A stretch of 61,485 bases of DNA from a virus, in IMG/VR virus record IMGVR_UViG_3300028031_000002, positions 1 through 61,485 of that record; one strand, written 5' to 3'. Both the position numbers and the translations under genes were made by a program. The notes under the pieces are model-generated. The model searched no databases. It saw only the letters and a list, made by a program, of their open reading frames with translations, and was not told where the DNA came from. How positions within the stretch are numbered: position 1 is the stretch's first letter; every line of letters starts with the position of its first letter. Shown here piece after piece: positions 7,780 to 15,753 of this stretch.

Positions 7780-7853
7780 AGTAACCTATAGCAAATACAG
7801 CAACAATTTAAAGCGCGATATTGCGCTGATAACGGCAGTTTTTAAAAACTATT

Positions 7854-8105
7854 ATGAGTAATTTAGACTTAGAAAGTACATTATATGTTATAATAAGCGA
7901 GTGCAACATTAATATAACAAGTCCACACACTAAAAAACCCTTAAAGACTTTAAGGGACTCTATAGAGGAGCAATGTGGGGACGGTGATGACGCATTAGAG
8001 ATTTACGGGTATTTGATGTCATCAATGCGAGATGAAATTGCAAATGGTAATGTAGTAACACTTGGTGATATGATCCATCAAGTAGCCAAGTTTGGCAGAA
8101 ACTGA
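7854..8105 (+). CDS. hypothetical protein
   Basis: 83-aa ORF downstream of promoter 7752..7779. Confidence 0.55.
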   Translation: MSNLDLESTLYVIISECNINITSPHTKKPLKTLRDSIEEQCGDGDDALEIYGYLMSSMRDEIANGNVVTLGDMIHQVAKFGRN

Positions 8106-8116
8106 AATAAGTCACC

Positions 8117-8158
8117 ATAAAGTGCAATAATCTGAGTTGAGTTTTTATTGCACTTTAT
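8117..8158 (+). other. perfect 14-bp stem hairpin without a U tract
   Basis: ataaagtgcaataa / ttattgcactttat, after CDS 7854..8105. Confidence 0.7.
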
Positions 8159-8182
8159 TAATTTGCGGAAAATGGAATTAAT

Positions 8183-8335
8183 ATGGAATATAATATATAT
8201 TGTACTGTTTTTGACGTTTATGTGCTATTAGAGACTTTCAAGGGTACTGAATTAGTTTCCTCGGAGGAAATTTGTATTGCGGAATTTGATCCTGTCAGAG
8301 ACATTGATGAACCTATGGATTATTTAAATAAATGA
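8183..8335 (+). CDS. small hypothetical protein (50 aa, below the track cutoff)
   Basis: ATGA overlap with the following ORF. Weak RBS. Confidence 0.35.
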   Translation: MEYNIYCTVFDVYVLLETFKGTELVSSEEICIAEFDPVRDIDEPMDYLNK

Positions 8336-8517
8336 GAATAATAATTAGATTCTCTAAAAGAGAGTTGGAATGCAAGGCAAAAGTAATATTTAACAGGAGA
8401 TTCCATCTTGATTACGAAACTTCCGTGTACTTTTGGAATAAGAAGGGCATTTATACTAACATTAGAATATACAATTTAGCGGTACTGAAAATCATGACTA
8501 TTGAAGAACAGAAATAA
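8332..8517 (+). CDS. hypothetical protein
   Basis: 61-aa ORF. Confidence 0.45.
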   Translation: MRIIIRFSKRELECKAKVIFNRRFHLDYETSVYFWNKKGIYTNIRIYNLAVLKIMTIEEQK

Positions 8518-8523
8518 CGTATT

Positions 8524-8730
8524 ATGGACGATCAAATGCTGTATATACAGACACAACGAATGGCGCAAATAATTGCTGCAAAGAGTGGTTATAATGCGTC
8601 ATTAAGGTCTTTTCAGGCAACTGAAGTACGAGTACATAACCGAGGTAATTACTATTTTAATATCGCGGCTGAAGTACAAACACACTTATTTGAGCATGAG
8701 ATGAGTGATGTAATTAATTCCACCATATAG
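8524..8730 (+). CDS. hypothetical protein
   Basis: 68-aa ORF. Confidence 0.5.
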   Translation: MDDQMLYIQTQRMAQIIAAKSGYNASLRSFQATEVRVHNRGNYYFNIAAEVQTHLFEHEMSDVINSTI

Positions 8731-8740
8731 GGTATATATT

Positions 8741-8953
8741 ATGAATACAATACAAATTATAAATATTGAAAACAACGAATTGTTGATCGAAGAAGCAAGT
8801 GATCAAATTAGTCTAATAACACCTTTGATGGGTATAGCCCGCGGCGGTGAATTTATGATTGATGGCACAAATTATGCACCTAAAAAGTACGATTTAGACA
8901 CTAAAAAACACCTTTTAATTATGTACGTTAAAGAAACGAGTGATTATATATGA
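8741..8953 (+). CDS. hypothetical protein
   Basis: 70-aa ORF with an ATGA overlap to the next gene. Confidence 0.5.
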   Translation: MNTIQIINIENNELLIEEASDQISLITPLMGIARGGEFMIDGTNYAPKKYDLDTKKHLLIMYVKETSDYI

Positions 8954-9282
8954 GAAATAACGCGCGTAATATGTTATTTATATTGCTATTATTTACATCC
9001 TTTAATGTCATTTCAAAGCCATTAAAGACCTACAACGACGGTTGTTTAGACCGTGGTAGTAAACACATTTTAGTCGAAATGATCTCACAAGGACATACGG
9101 TGCGTGTGATAAGATGTAAAGGCAATCTATGGTCCATAAGAGGCATTAGAAAACAACGTCGGACGGTACTTTCTCGTATATATCGTTTTAATAATAGAAA
9201 TGCCTACATTAGGCAGTATAAAGCTTACTTACGTAATTTAGGGTTATATATAAGTTATACAACACGTCCATACTGGAAGTAA
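8950..9282 (+). CDS. hypothetical basic protein with an N-terminal hydrophobic signal/anchor
   Basis: MRNNARNMLFILLLFTSFNVIS... leader, then an R/K-rich remainder. Confidence 0.55.
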   Translation: MRNNARNMLFILLLFTSFNVISKPLKTYNDGCLDRGSKHILVEMISQGHTVRVIRCKGNLWSIRGIRKQRRTVLSRIYRFNNRNAYIRQYKAYLRNLGLYISYTTRPYWK

Positions 9283-9356
9283 GTACATAACTTGCTCTTA
9301 AAGCAGTTTTTAAAGTGCTTTAGGGGCAATCAATGTACTAATTTACTACTATAATT

Positions 9357-9611
9357 GTGAGTATGTATATGAAACATGTTTTTCACTTACGTGGCACCAA
9401 AGTGTTTATAAAACGATTTGTGGCAATTTCTGAAGGCTATAGAATATATACTAAAGCAACATCTTATGCAGTGACTTCCAACAAAATGTGCAACTTTTTG
9501 AGTACAGCAGAGGCGCAAAACAAAAAGACGTTGTTTGTTTCTGTTGTAAAAAGATTTTGTGGTGAAGCATTGCATTTTACACTTGAGGATACTTATGATG
9601 AACCAAAATGA
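9357..9611 (+). CDS. hypothetical protein (start uncertain; GTG 9357, or ATG 9363 or 9369)
   Basis: 84-aa ORF overlapping the next gene by 17 nt. Confidence 0.4.
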   Translation: MSMYMKHVFHLRGTKVFIKRFVAISEGYRIYTKATSYAVTSNKMCNFLSTAEAQNKKTLFVSVVKRFCGEALHFTLEDTYDEPK

Positions 9612-9816
9612 CGCTTTATTAGGAATAATTGTAGAAAAGGGTTTAGTAATGACACCAGAGAGATTAGAAACTCTCAAGCAAAGAATGCGCAGTATTGCAC
9701 AACCTGATTATGATTTTATTGAGTATTTACGCTATGTCGACAGTAAAGAGTTTATAAAAACTTTTGAAGACATTTTAGTAGCATTTGATGAATACATTGG
9801 TACTTACAAAGATTAG
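9595..9816 (+). CDS. hypothetical protein
   Basis: The ATG at 9595 follows a GAGGA RBS. The track start at 9559 has none. Confidence 0.5.
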   Translation: MMNQNDALLGIIVEKGLVMTPERLETLKQRMRSIAQPDYDFIEYLRYVDSKEFIKTFEDILVAFDEYIGTYKD

Positions 9817-9871
9817 TACATTAATACATTAAGTGTAGCATTTTTTAATGTTACTTTAAAAGGATATTTAA

Positions 9872-10216
9872 ATGAACCATTTATATGTTGGTAAAGCAGT
9901 TGAATATAATGTTGGATCGTACCGGGTGCAACAAGGTGACTATAAAGGCACTATCAAAGGATTAGAAAAAGGTCTAATAACGGTATTAGGAATAGATGGA
10001 ACGGTGCATCATTTCAGCGAAGAAAATCACCTTGGATGCAACAATGAGTACAATGACAAGCTGTACGAGTACACAATAGAGGAAACCAAGAGACAATTGG
10101 CGTTGTGTCTGAGAGCGTTAGACCACGTAAAAGTATCAACAATACGTGCATATCAAGATGCTGCAATTGAGCTGGAACGCGCATTATTACGCAAGTTCAC
10201 TGACAATCAAAGCTAG
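9872..10216 (+). CDS. hypothetical protein
   Basis: 114-aa ORF with an AAGGA RBS. Its stop is embedded in repeat copy F3. Confidence 0.6.
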   Translation: MNHLYVGKAVEYNVGSYRVQQGDYKGTIKGLEKGLITVLGIDGTVHHFSEENHLGCNNEYNDKLYEYTIEETKRQLALCLRALDHVKVSTIRAYQDAAIELERALLRKFTDNQS

Positions 10217-10388
10217 ATGGTAATTCTTTGACGGGTGCTTATATATTATAGTATCTGTCAATAGAATGGGCTTCCCCATCAACTGCCCTTTTTAAGCCCT
10301 TTGATAGTACCACTTTGCTGTTGCTAAAGCTTTGATAAAACCAAAACTTCAAAAGTGCCTTTTTATCCTTTAGACTCAACTAGTTACA
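10213..10388 (+). repeat. 176-bp intergenic element, copy F3
   Basis: The TAG stop of CDS 9872..10216 is the TAG inside the element's leading CTAGATGG. Confidence 0.9.
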
Positions 10389-10496
10389 GTTTTATGGATT
10401 TAAAACTTTATTTTTTTAAAATGGAAACTTTTAAAGTATTGAATTAACTACCTTTTTCACTACTTTGAAAGTTTCAAAACTATTGCGAGAATTAAT

Positions 10497-11045
10497 ATGA
10501 AAACTTATTTAGTAAATATAAACCGATCAACACGTGAAATACATCACATAGGTCGTGGGGTATTTGAAGCGGTGGGAGACACATCAAGTGTATTTTACCT
10601 TGAGGGTCTATTTGACATTTCAGCACAAAAAGGCACCTCAGAAGACTTAATATTGTCTGGGCAGGCAAGTATTGAGTGCTGTGGTTCACAATATGATGAG
10701 GAAACCTATGGAACCGCATACATAGACGAACTGATTTTAATACGGCCCGAAATGGCGGTTTTTGAACAGATTTTTTCACAAAAAAAGGCTTTGAAAAGCT
10801 ATGTCAGCTTTTCTTGTAGATATAATGTATCGTTTCATAGTAGACCCGAAAGTGGCTTTATGATGATTAACCAAAAAAACAATCTAAGTACTATAATTGA
10901 TTTACGTAACGGTAATTCAATTGCTACATTTGTTTTTCCATTTGACAATGAAGCACTACAAGAGTTCATTAGGCACGAGACTACCACACTTCTAAAGATT
11001 AATCAATTAATACAAGTATTAAATAGCTTTGAAGGTACTTTATGA
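10497..11045 (+). CDS. hypothetical protein
   Basis: 182-aa ORF downstream of the F3 module. Confidence 0.65.
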   Translation: MKTYLVNINRSTREIHHIGRGVFEAVGDTSSVFYLEGLFDISAQKGTSEDLILSGQASIECCGSQYDEETYGTAYIDELILIRPEMAVFEQIFSQKKALKSYVSFSCRYNVSFHSRPESGFMMINQKNNLSTIIDLRNGNSIATFVFPFDNEALQEFIRHETTTLLKINQLIQVLNSFEGTL

Positions 11046-11377
11046 CAGTTGTGTTTTATGTAAAAGACGATGGTAAGCGGTATTATACCGGGTGTATAAA
11101 GAATATGCCAAAAAATAAACGCGGATGGCTATCATTGGCTGCACCACCTATATTCCAATTAAGCTTCACAATAGTCAAAATAGAGACTATCAAAGGTGTT
11201 GTAATGCTCAGAGTTCGTGATGTGCTACAAAAGCATAATTATTGGTTGTCTGTAGGGTCTATCGAGGATCTTTTGAGGAAACTTCAGTGCAAATATATTG
11301 AACCTAATAAGGGTAAATATGCGGTTCGCGCAACCATTATAAAAACTGGCACCATATATACACTAAAACTTTTATGA
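11042..11377 (+). CDS. hypothetical protein
   Basis: 111-aa ORF with an ATGA overlap to the previous gene. Confidence 0.6.
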   Translation: MTVVFYVKDDGKRYYTGCIKNMPKNKRGWLSLAAPPIFQLSFTIVKIETIKGVVMLRVRDVLQKHNYWLSVGSIEDLLRKLQCKYIEPNKGKYAVRATIIKTGTIYTLKLL

Positions 11378-11384
11378 AAAAAGG

Positions 11385-11560
11385 CTAGATGGTAATTCTT
11401 TGACAGGTGCTTATATATTATAGTATCTGTCAATAGAATGGGCTTCCGCGCCAATTGAGTTTTTTAAGCCCTTTGATAGTACCACTTTGCTGTTGCTAAA
11501 GCTTTGATAAAACCAAAACTTCAAAAGTGCCTTTTTATCCTTTAGATTCAATATGTTGCA
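11385..11560 (+). repeat. 176-bp intergenic element, copy F4
   Basis: Starts 8 nt after the TGA of 11042..11377. Followed by the GGAAAC box and promoter 11673..11700. Confidence 0.9.
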
Positions 11561-11672
11561 GTAATTACGTTTTTTTTAAGTTTATTTTTACGATGGAAAC
11601 TTTCAACTCATTGAATTAAAAGACAATTAGAGTACTTTGAAAGTTTCAGAAATTACTTTTAGTAATTAAGTG

Positions 11673-11700
11673 TTGCAAAAGTTTGTGGTTGTGGTATAAT
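11673..11700 (+). promoter_or_regulatory. sigma70-type promoter (TTGCAA-16-TATAAT, TGn extended -10)
   Basis: TTGCAAaagtttgtggttgtggTATAAT. The ORF-track ATG at 11699 lies inside the -10 hexamer. Confidence 0.7.
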
Positions 11701-11728
11701 GTCGTTATTAACTAAAAAGGATCTACAA

Positions 11729-12127
11729 ATGCACACTAAAGAATGTGAATATGTAAATATTACCGATGGTAAAGTAGGTACTGTTATTGGTTCCACTAGC
11801 CGTACCATACGGGTATTTATTGAGAAAGACAATGTTGTTGTTTCTTTTTGGAAAAAGAGCGGTAGATGCACATCAAGGAAATCGTATCAAAACCTTAGTA
11901 TTGTATTCGATGCGGACAATATTGGTGCTAAAAAAGTTGTAATTGATTTTGTCATTGAACTTAATGGCGGACTTCACGGCTTAGTGGTGGCGCACACTAC
12001 AAAAACAGTCAAAGTTTTCATTGCTGAAACTGGGATAGTCAGATCTTTTTGGAAAAACAGCGGTAACAATACTAATAGAGATGAACGAGATACACTAGAA
12101 ATCATTAATGTACTACGCTGCTCTTAA
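11729..12127 (+). CDS. hypothetical protein with two tandem ~55-aa repeats
   Basis: GTVIGSTSRTIRVFIEKDNVVVSFWKKSG and GLVVAHTTKTVKVFIAETGIVRSFWKNSG. Start moved to the ATG at 11729 (AAGGAT RBS) because 11699 lies in the -10 hexamer. Confidence 0.6.
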   Translation: MHTKECEYVNITDGKVGTVIGSTSRTIRVFIEKDNVVVSFWKKSGRCTSRKSYQNLSIVFDADNIGAKKVVIDFVIELNGGLHGLVVAHTTKTVKVFIAETGIVRSFWKNSGNNTNRDERDTLEIINVLRCS

Positions 12128-12295
12128 AGGCTCTATAATGACACTTTTAATCGAAGCCTTTTTTATTGTCTGTAGTGTATCACTGATGTTATATCTCTTG
12201 ATTGAGCTTATTGACCACACAACAAAATAAATAACTTTAACAAGACCATTAAAATGCAATAGCGCAACCTTTGATGGCACTTTAGGAGTACTAAT

Positions 12296-12661
12296 ATGTC
12301 TAACAAAAACTATATTACACGACTATTTGCTGGAATTGAGTTTCCTCAAGAACGAAAAACAGGTTTGATTAAGATAACACCATTGTTTGAAAATCAAACA
12401 CAACTATTTGAAGTTTTTACTAAAAAAGCTAATACCGACGCAAACAAGCGTCTATGCGATTATATGGAAGACCCAAAAACAATAAAGTTACTTGATGCAA
12501 TAGAAGTATTGAGTGGTTTGAGTGCAACAAATGCAAAAGGTGATTTTGTGCATCCAGTGGTGTTTGTGGACGCTATGGGCTGGATAAGTGTTGAATTTAA
12601 GATATGGGCAACTAAGTTAGTTATGTACGACATATACGATCAAAGTATAGCGACATGTTAA
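12296..12661 (+). CDS. KilA-N domain protein, shorter paralog of 4067..4756
   Basis: ITPLFENQTQLFE...GDFVHPVVFVDAMGWISVEFKIWATKLV aligns with 4067..4756. TAGGAG RBS. Confidence 0.65.
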   Translation: MSNKNYITRLFAGIEFPQERKTGLIKITPLFENQTQLFEVFTKKANTDANKRLCDYMEDPKTIKLLDAIEVLSGLSATNAKGDFVHPVVFVDAMGWISVEFKIWATKLVMYDIYDQSIATC

Positions 12662-12726
12662 GTACCCACAATGAGGTGAGGCAATATCGTTTTTACCAAC
12701 AATGACATTATTATAGGACAATAAAA

Positions 12727-12933
12727 ATGAGCAACGACAGTGAAATACTAGAAGTAGCGGCTATATTCGCGCTATTAAATCGTTATACGACCGAAACCAC
12801 ATATTTAACCACAACAGAGTACACAATAGAAGTATATGAGCTATCTGAGATAGATTCTCAGGAAGAAATAGCATTTTTAGCTGGACTAGGTTTTTTAGGG
12901 TCAAATAACACCTCATTCACATATTATCATTAA
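12727..12933 (+). CDS. hypothetical protein
   Basis: 68-aa ORF with an AGGA RBS. Confidence 0.5.
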   Translation: MSNDSEILEVAAIFALLNRYTTETTYLTTTEYTIEVYELSEIDSQEEIAFLAGLGFLGSNNTSFTYYH

Positions 12934-12937
12934 AACA

Positions 12938-13186
12938 ATGAGAACACTACAACTGGCTTCAAGTTACGAGTTAGCGACAAAGCTACATAAAGACCATGCT
13001 GAAATCTTAAAAGACATTGACAACGCAATGAGTTTGATTAAAGACAGTTCAAATATGTTCATAAAGTGCAATAAGTTTAATATGTTCACACCAAGCGGTA
13101 TCAAAGAACTGCGGATGTACCACTTGGACCGTCGCGCAATATTACAAATAATTGAAAATAACCCAGACTGGGAACCATTATTATGA
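12938..13186 (+). CDS. hypothetical protein
   Basis: 82-aa ORF. Confidence 0.55.
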   Translation: MRTLQLASSYELATKLHKDHAEILKDIDNAMSLIKDSSNMFIKCNKFNMFTPSGIKELRMYHLDRRAILQIIENNPDWEPLL

Positions 13187-13359
13187 TATACTATTATCTA
13201 GGAAGTAACAATAAGGGCTTTAAGAGTCCGCAAGGTGCAAAAACAGCGCGGACAAAATATCTTAGAAAACACGTTAGGGGTATTCACCCCGGTGAATATA
13301 AGATAGTAAAGATTGAGAGCGGCTATTATGGAATAGAGTTGCCAAAAAGCACTGAATAA
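13183..13359 (+). CDS. small basic hypothetical protein (58 aa, below the track cutoff)
   Basis: ATGA overlap with 12938..13186. Preferred over the antisense track ORF 13198..13404. Confidence 0.45.
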   Translation: MIYYYLGSNNKGFKSPQGAKTARTKYLRKHVRGIHPGEYKIVKIESGYYGIELPKSTE

Positions 13360-13763
13360 GCAACAAAAGTGGAATAACAATAACACATCACATACTATTG
13401 TCAACTTCTAAGTTAAAGCCCCTTAATTGCAATGTAAAGAATACAGCGGGTGACTATTACTTGTCAACAACAGAAACTTCAGTTAAAGTAAGGTGTTGTG
13501 TGTTAATGTCATGAACAGACTTAAAGTCAACTTGTAAGTGATTCCCATCTAAATTTAATTTAAATACAGCTTAAAAGCGTGTATTAATACAAGTTTAGTA
13601 AAGATAATGTAGCACATTTATATAAGCTTTAATGTGCTATATTTCAGTTACTTACTTAGTAAAACTATAGCGCAATGTAGACATAGAATAGAAAATATGA
13701 GTTTACAACTAATAACGCAAAAGTTAAAAATAAGTGTAATATCGCACTACAAAATGCTTTTTA

Positions 13764-13976
13764 ATGGCGGAAAATGAAATGCTAAACGGTTACTACAACA
13801 GATCAGTTATTAGACCAGTAATATTTAAAGAAGTGCAAGAGTATGATAAAGAGTTATATAATAACTTAAAATGGCAATATGGGGACTATGAGATAGTTCT
13901 GGTTGAGTTTAATGATATTGGAACAATAACAAATATAGAAGTACAATATGGCACTTCATTAGAGATTACATTATGA
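13764..13976 (+). CDS. hypothetical protein
   Basis: 70-aa ORF, first of three ATGA-coupled ORFs. Confidence 0.5.
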   Translation: MAENEMLNGYYNRSVIRPVIFKEVQEYDKELYNNLKWQYGDYEIVLVEFNDIGTITNIEVQYGTSLEITL

Positions 13977-14191
13977 ACAAAATAGAAACTAGAATAGAAT
14001 CAAAGCAGCTAATAGCAGCATTATATTTAACATCATTATATTTAAATGGCACAAAACGCGCTGAAGTGCTGCAACATAGGAACACAAAAGACTATAATGA
14101 GTCTTTTAAGACTTCTAAAGAAGCTCAAATAGCCTTTGACGTGTTTATAGAAACTAATGTGGCTAAAGGTGACTGGATGGTCTTATCATGA
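13973..14191 (+). CDS. hypothetical protein
   Basis: 72-aa ORF, ATGA-coupled. Confidence 0.5.
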   Translation: MNKIETRIESKQLIAALYLTSLYLNGTKRAEVLQHRNTKDYNESFKTSKEAQIAFDVFIETNVAKGDWMVLS

Positions 14192-14382
14192 GCAGCATAA
14201 TTAAAAGCGTACCAACAGTGACATTGGGATGTGAATTTAAACCGCCTGTAGATGCCAAGATTGCCATAATTACCACATATGTAAGAGGTAAGCCCGTATC
14301 ACAAATACGAAAACCATTCAGCCTGTTTGATGCTAAAATTGACATTACACAAAGACTACAAAAGCTACAAGAATGTTATTAA
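14188..14382 (+). CDS. hypothetical protein
   Basis: 64-aa ORF, ATGA-coupled. Confidence 0.5.
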   Translation: MSSIIKSVPTVTLGCEFKPPVDAKIAIITTYVRGKPVSQIRKPFSLFDAKIDITQRLQKLQECY

Positions 14383-14412
14383 CATAAAGTAATCACATAT
14401 TAATGGTTCTAA

Positions 14413-14443
14413 AGAAGCAATTATATTAGCTATAATTGCTTCT
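14413..14443 (+). other. perfect 13-bp stem hairpin without a U tract
   Basis: agaagcaattata-ttagc-tataattgcttct, after CDS 14188..14382. Confidence 0.7.
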
Positions 14444-14533
14444 AAAATAGTGCTAACGCGGCAATAACGCATTAAACACGACATAGTGCTATTACATGTG
14501 GTAATTTTACCCTAAAACCGACATGAAAAGTAT

Positions 14534-15013
14534 ATGAAATATTTAACCAAAGATAAATACACCACAGCAACTACCACATTCAGTGCTACCAACACCTACA
14601 GTATGCGGGACTTCGCGGCGTTTTGGGTGGAGCATTCAAAAGAAGCTGATTTATTTGTGCATATAATAAGCTTTAAGTCGGTAGAAACTAAATATGGAGA
14701 AACCGTTATAGCCAATTGTATTGCTCTCAAGGGGACACGTAAACGTGAAATTTCCATTTGGACTAATAAGAAGTTAGCCACGATAACAGAGCAGTTAAGT
14801 CCTGGTATTGCTTACGTGATAACATCAGTGTTTGATTCCGGTAAAACGTATAAAGGAAATACTGTATGGACTTTTGATGGTACCTTTTACAATGTGGAGG
14901 AAGGTAGGGTGGTTAATGGCGGAACTTCTGAAGAACGTATGGAGTACGATATTGACATACTTGAGCATCAAGCGGATGAATATGAGCCACTATCGTACAT
15001 AATTGGGGAGTAA
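14534..15013 (+). CDS. hypothetical protein with an acidic C-terminus
   Basis: 159-aa ORF. An OB-fold or SSB-like role is only a guess from its beta-rich pattern and acidic tail. Confidence 0.6.
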   Translation: MKYLTKDKYTTATTTFSATNTYSMRDFAAFWVEHSKEADLFVHIISFKSVETKYGETVIANCIALKGTRKREISIWTNKKLATITEQLSPGIAYVITSVFDSGKTYKGNTVWTFDGTFYNVEEGRVVNGGTSEERMEYDIDILEHQADEYEPLSYIIGE

Positions 15014-15017
15014 TAAT

Positions 15018-15212
15018 ATGATTTCATTAAACTCAACATACAAAAACGGTTTATACAAAACTATAGAAGGTGCAAAAGGCGCGATTAAGAAATGGACCAG
15101 AGACAAGCTATTATTAGACAATGATTGGAAACAATTTGACTATTATTTAGTACATAAAAATGAAGGTATTCAAGTATTTATAGGGAAAAACTTTAGAAAC
15201 AAAACAAATTAA
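15018..15212 (+). CDS. hypothetical protein
   Basis: The ATG at 15018 follows a GGGGAG RBS. The track TTG at 15003 is rejected. Confidence 0.5.
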   Translation: MISLNSTYKNGLYKTIEGAKGAIKKWTRDKLLLDNDWKQFDYYLVHKNEGIQVFIGKNFRNKTN

Positions 15213-15221
15213 ATGCACTTT

Positions 15222-15261
15222 AAAAGTCATTAGCTAGCTAATAGTTAATGGCTTTTTTTTT
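15222..15261 (+). terminator. intrinsic terminator
   Basis: Arms aaaagtcatta / taatggctttt (11 bp including one G-U) running into a T9 tract, after CDS 15018..15212. Confidence 0.6.
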
Positions 15262-15343
15262 CGGCAACTTTTGCACTTCTTTTGTTAAATCAAGTACTTA
15301 CAAAGTTCCATTTTAAATTTGAATTTAATTAAAACAATAAATC

Positions 15344-15530
15344 CATAACTCGTTGAGACTAAAGGATAAAAAGGCACTTTTGAAGTTTTGGTTTTATCAA
15401 AGTTTTAGCAACAGCAAAGTGGTACTATCAAAGGGCTGGACAATGGTGCGCTCGATGTACTTGGGGCAAAAGCACGTTTTACTGACAAAGACTATAATAT
15501 ATAAGCATCCGTCAAAGAATTACCATGTAG
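15344..15530 (-). repeat. 176-bp intergenic element, copy R2 (antisense to flanking genes)
   Basis: Full copy on the minus strand inside the plus-strand early block. No minus-strand ORF lies downstream. Confidence 0.9.
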
Positions 15531-15590
15531 CTAACGCACAATAATTGTTATATAAAATCCCTTTGATTGAGATTCTTATATTGCCAAAAA

Positions 15591-15753
15591 TTGGCACAAT
15601 ATATCTTTGCGATAACACCGATTATTGGCACAATATTGCTCTCATATTAATTTCATTTCCAGCCATTTTTGGCACAATATATCTTTGCGATAACACCAAT
15701 TATTGGCACAATATTGCTCTCATATTAATTTCATTTTCAGCCATTTTTGGCAC
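15591..15753 (+). repeat. tandem repeat, 2 x 78 bp plus a partial third unit, with five TTGGCAC sites
   Basis: Units 15591..15668 and 15669..15746 differ at 2 positions. TTGGCAC occurs at 15591, 15635, 15669, 15713 and 15747. Confidence 0.9.

Noticed and set aside
10216-10231. Four-codon mini-ORF ATG GTA ATT CTT TGA (MVIL) at the start of every 176-bp element, directly after a stop codon in copy F3
   Set aside because: It is conserved because the nucleotides are conserved. Its phase relative to the upstream stop differs between copies, and it has no independent RBS. A leader-peptide role cannot be excluded but has no support.
10229-10262. TTGACAG...CTGTCAA inside the element read as a sigma70 promoter
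   Set aside because: The best -10-like hexamers (TATAGT, TAGTAT) lie 13 or 15 nt from TTGACA. On the other strand TATAAT is only 5 nt away. The spacing is incompatible with the 16-17 nt used by the clear promoters of this genome.
11699-11701. ORF-track start codons at 11699, 53615 (minus) and 16648
   Set aside because: They fall inside the -10 (TATAATG) or the -35 (TTGACA) of consensus promoters, so they would be upstream of the transcript start. Downstream ATGs with RBS are used instead (11729, 53576, 16717).
12126-12230. 30-aa hydrophobic ORF 12138..12230, versus a terminator-like hairpin aaaggct...agccttttttt at 12126..12165
   Set aside because: The two readings are incompatible and neither is strong. 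The hairpin has a 22-nt loop, and the ORF is very short with no RBS. Neither is annotated.
15353-15544. ORFs lying inside copies of the 176-bp element (15353..15544, 32942..33145, 45257..45454, and the N-terminal part of 59144..59386), with recurring peptides such as KALLKFWFYQSF and LLTKTIIYKH
   Set aside because: The peptide similarity only reflects the DNA repeat. The frame is broken by stops or by length changes in the variable loop in most copies; for example, R1 reads ...GGT TTA TGA. No RBS is present, and orientation relative to neighbours is inconsistent.
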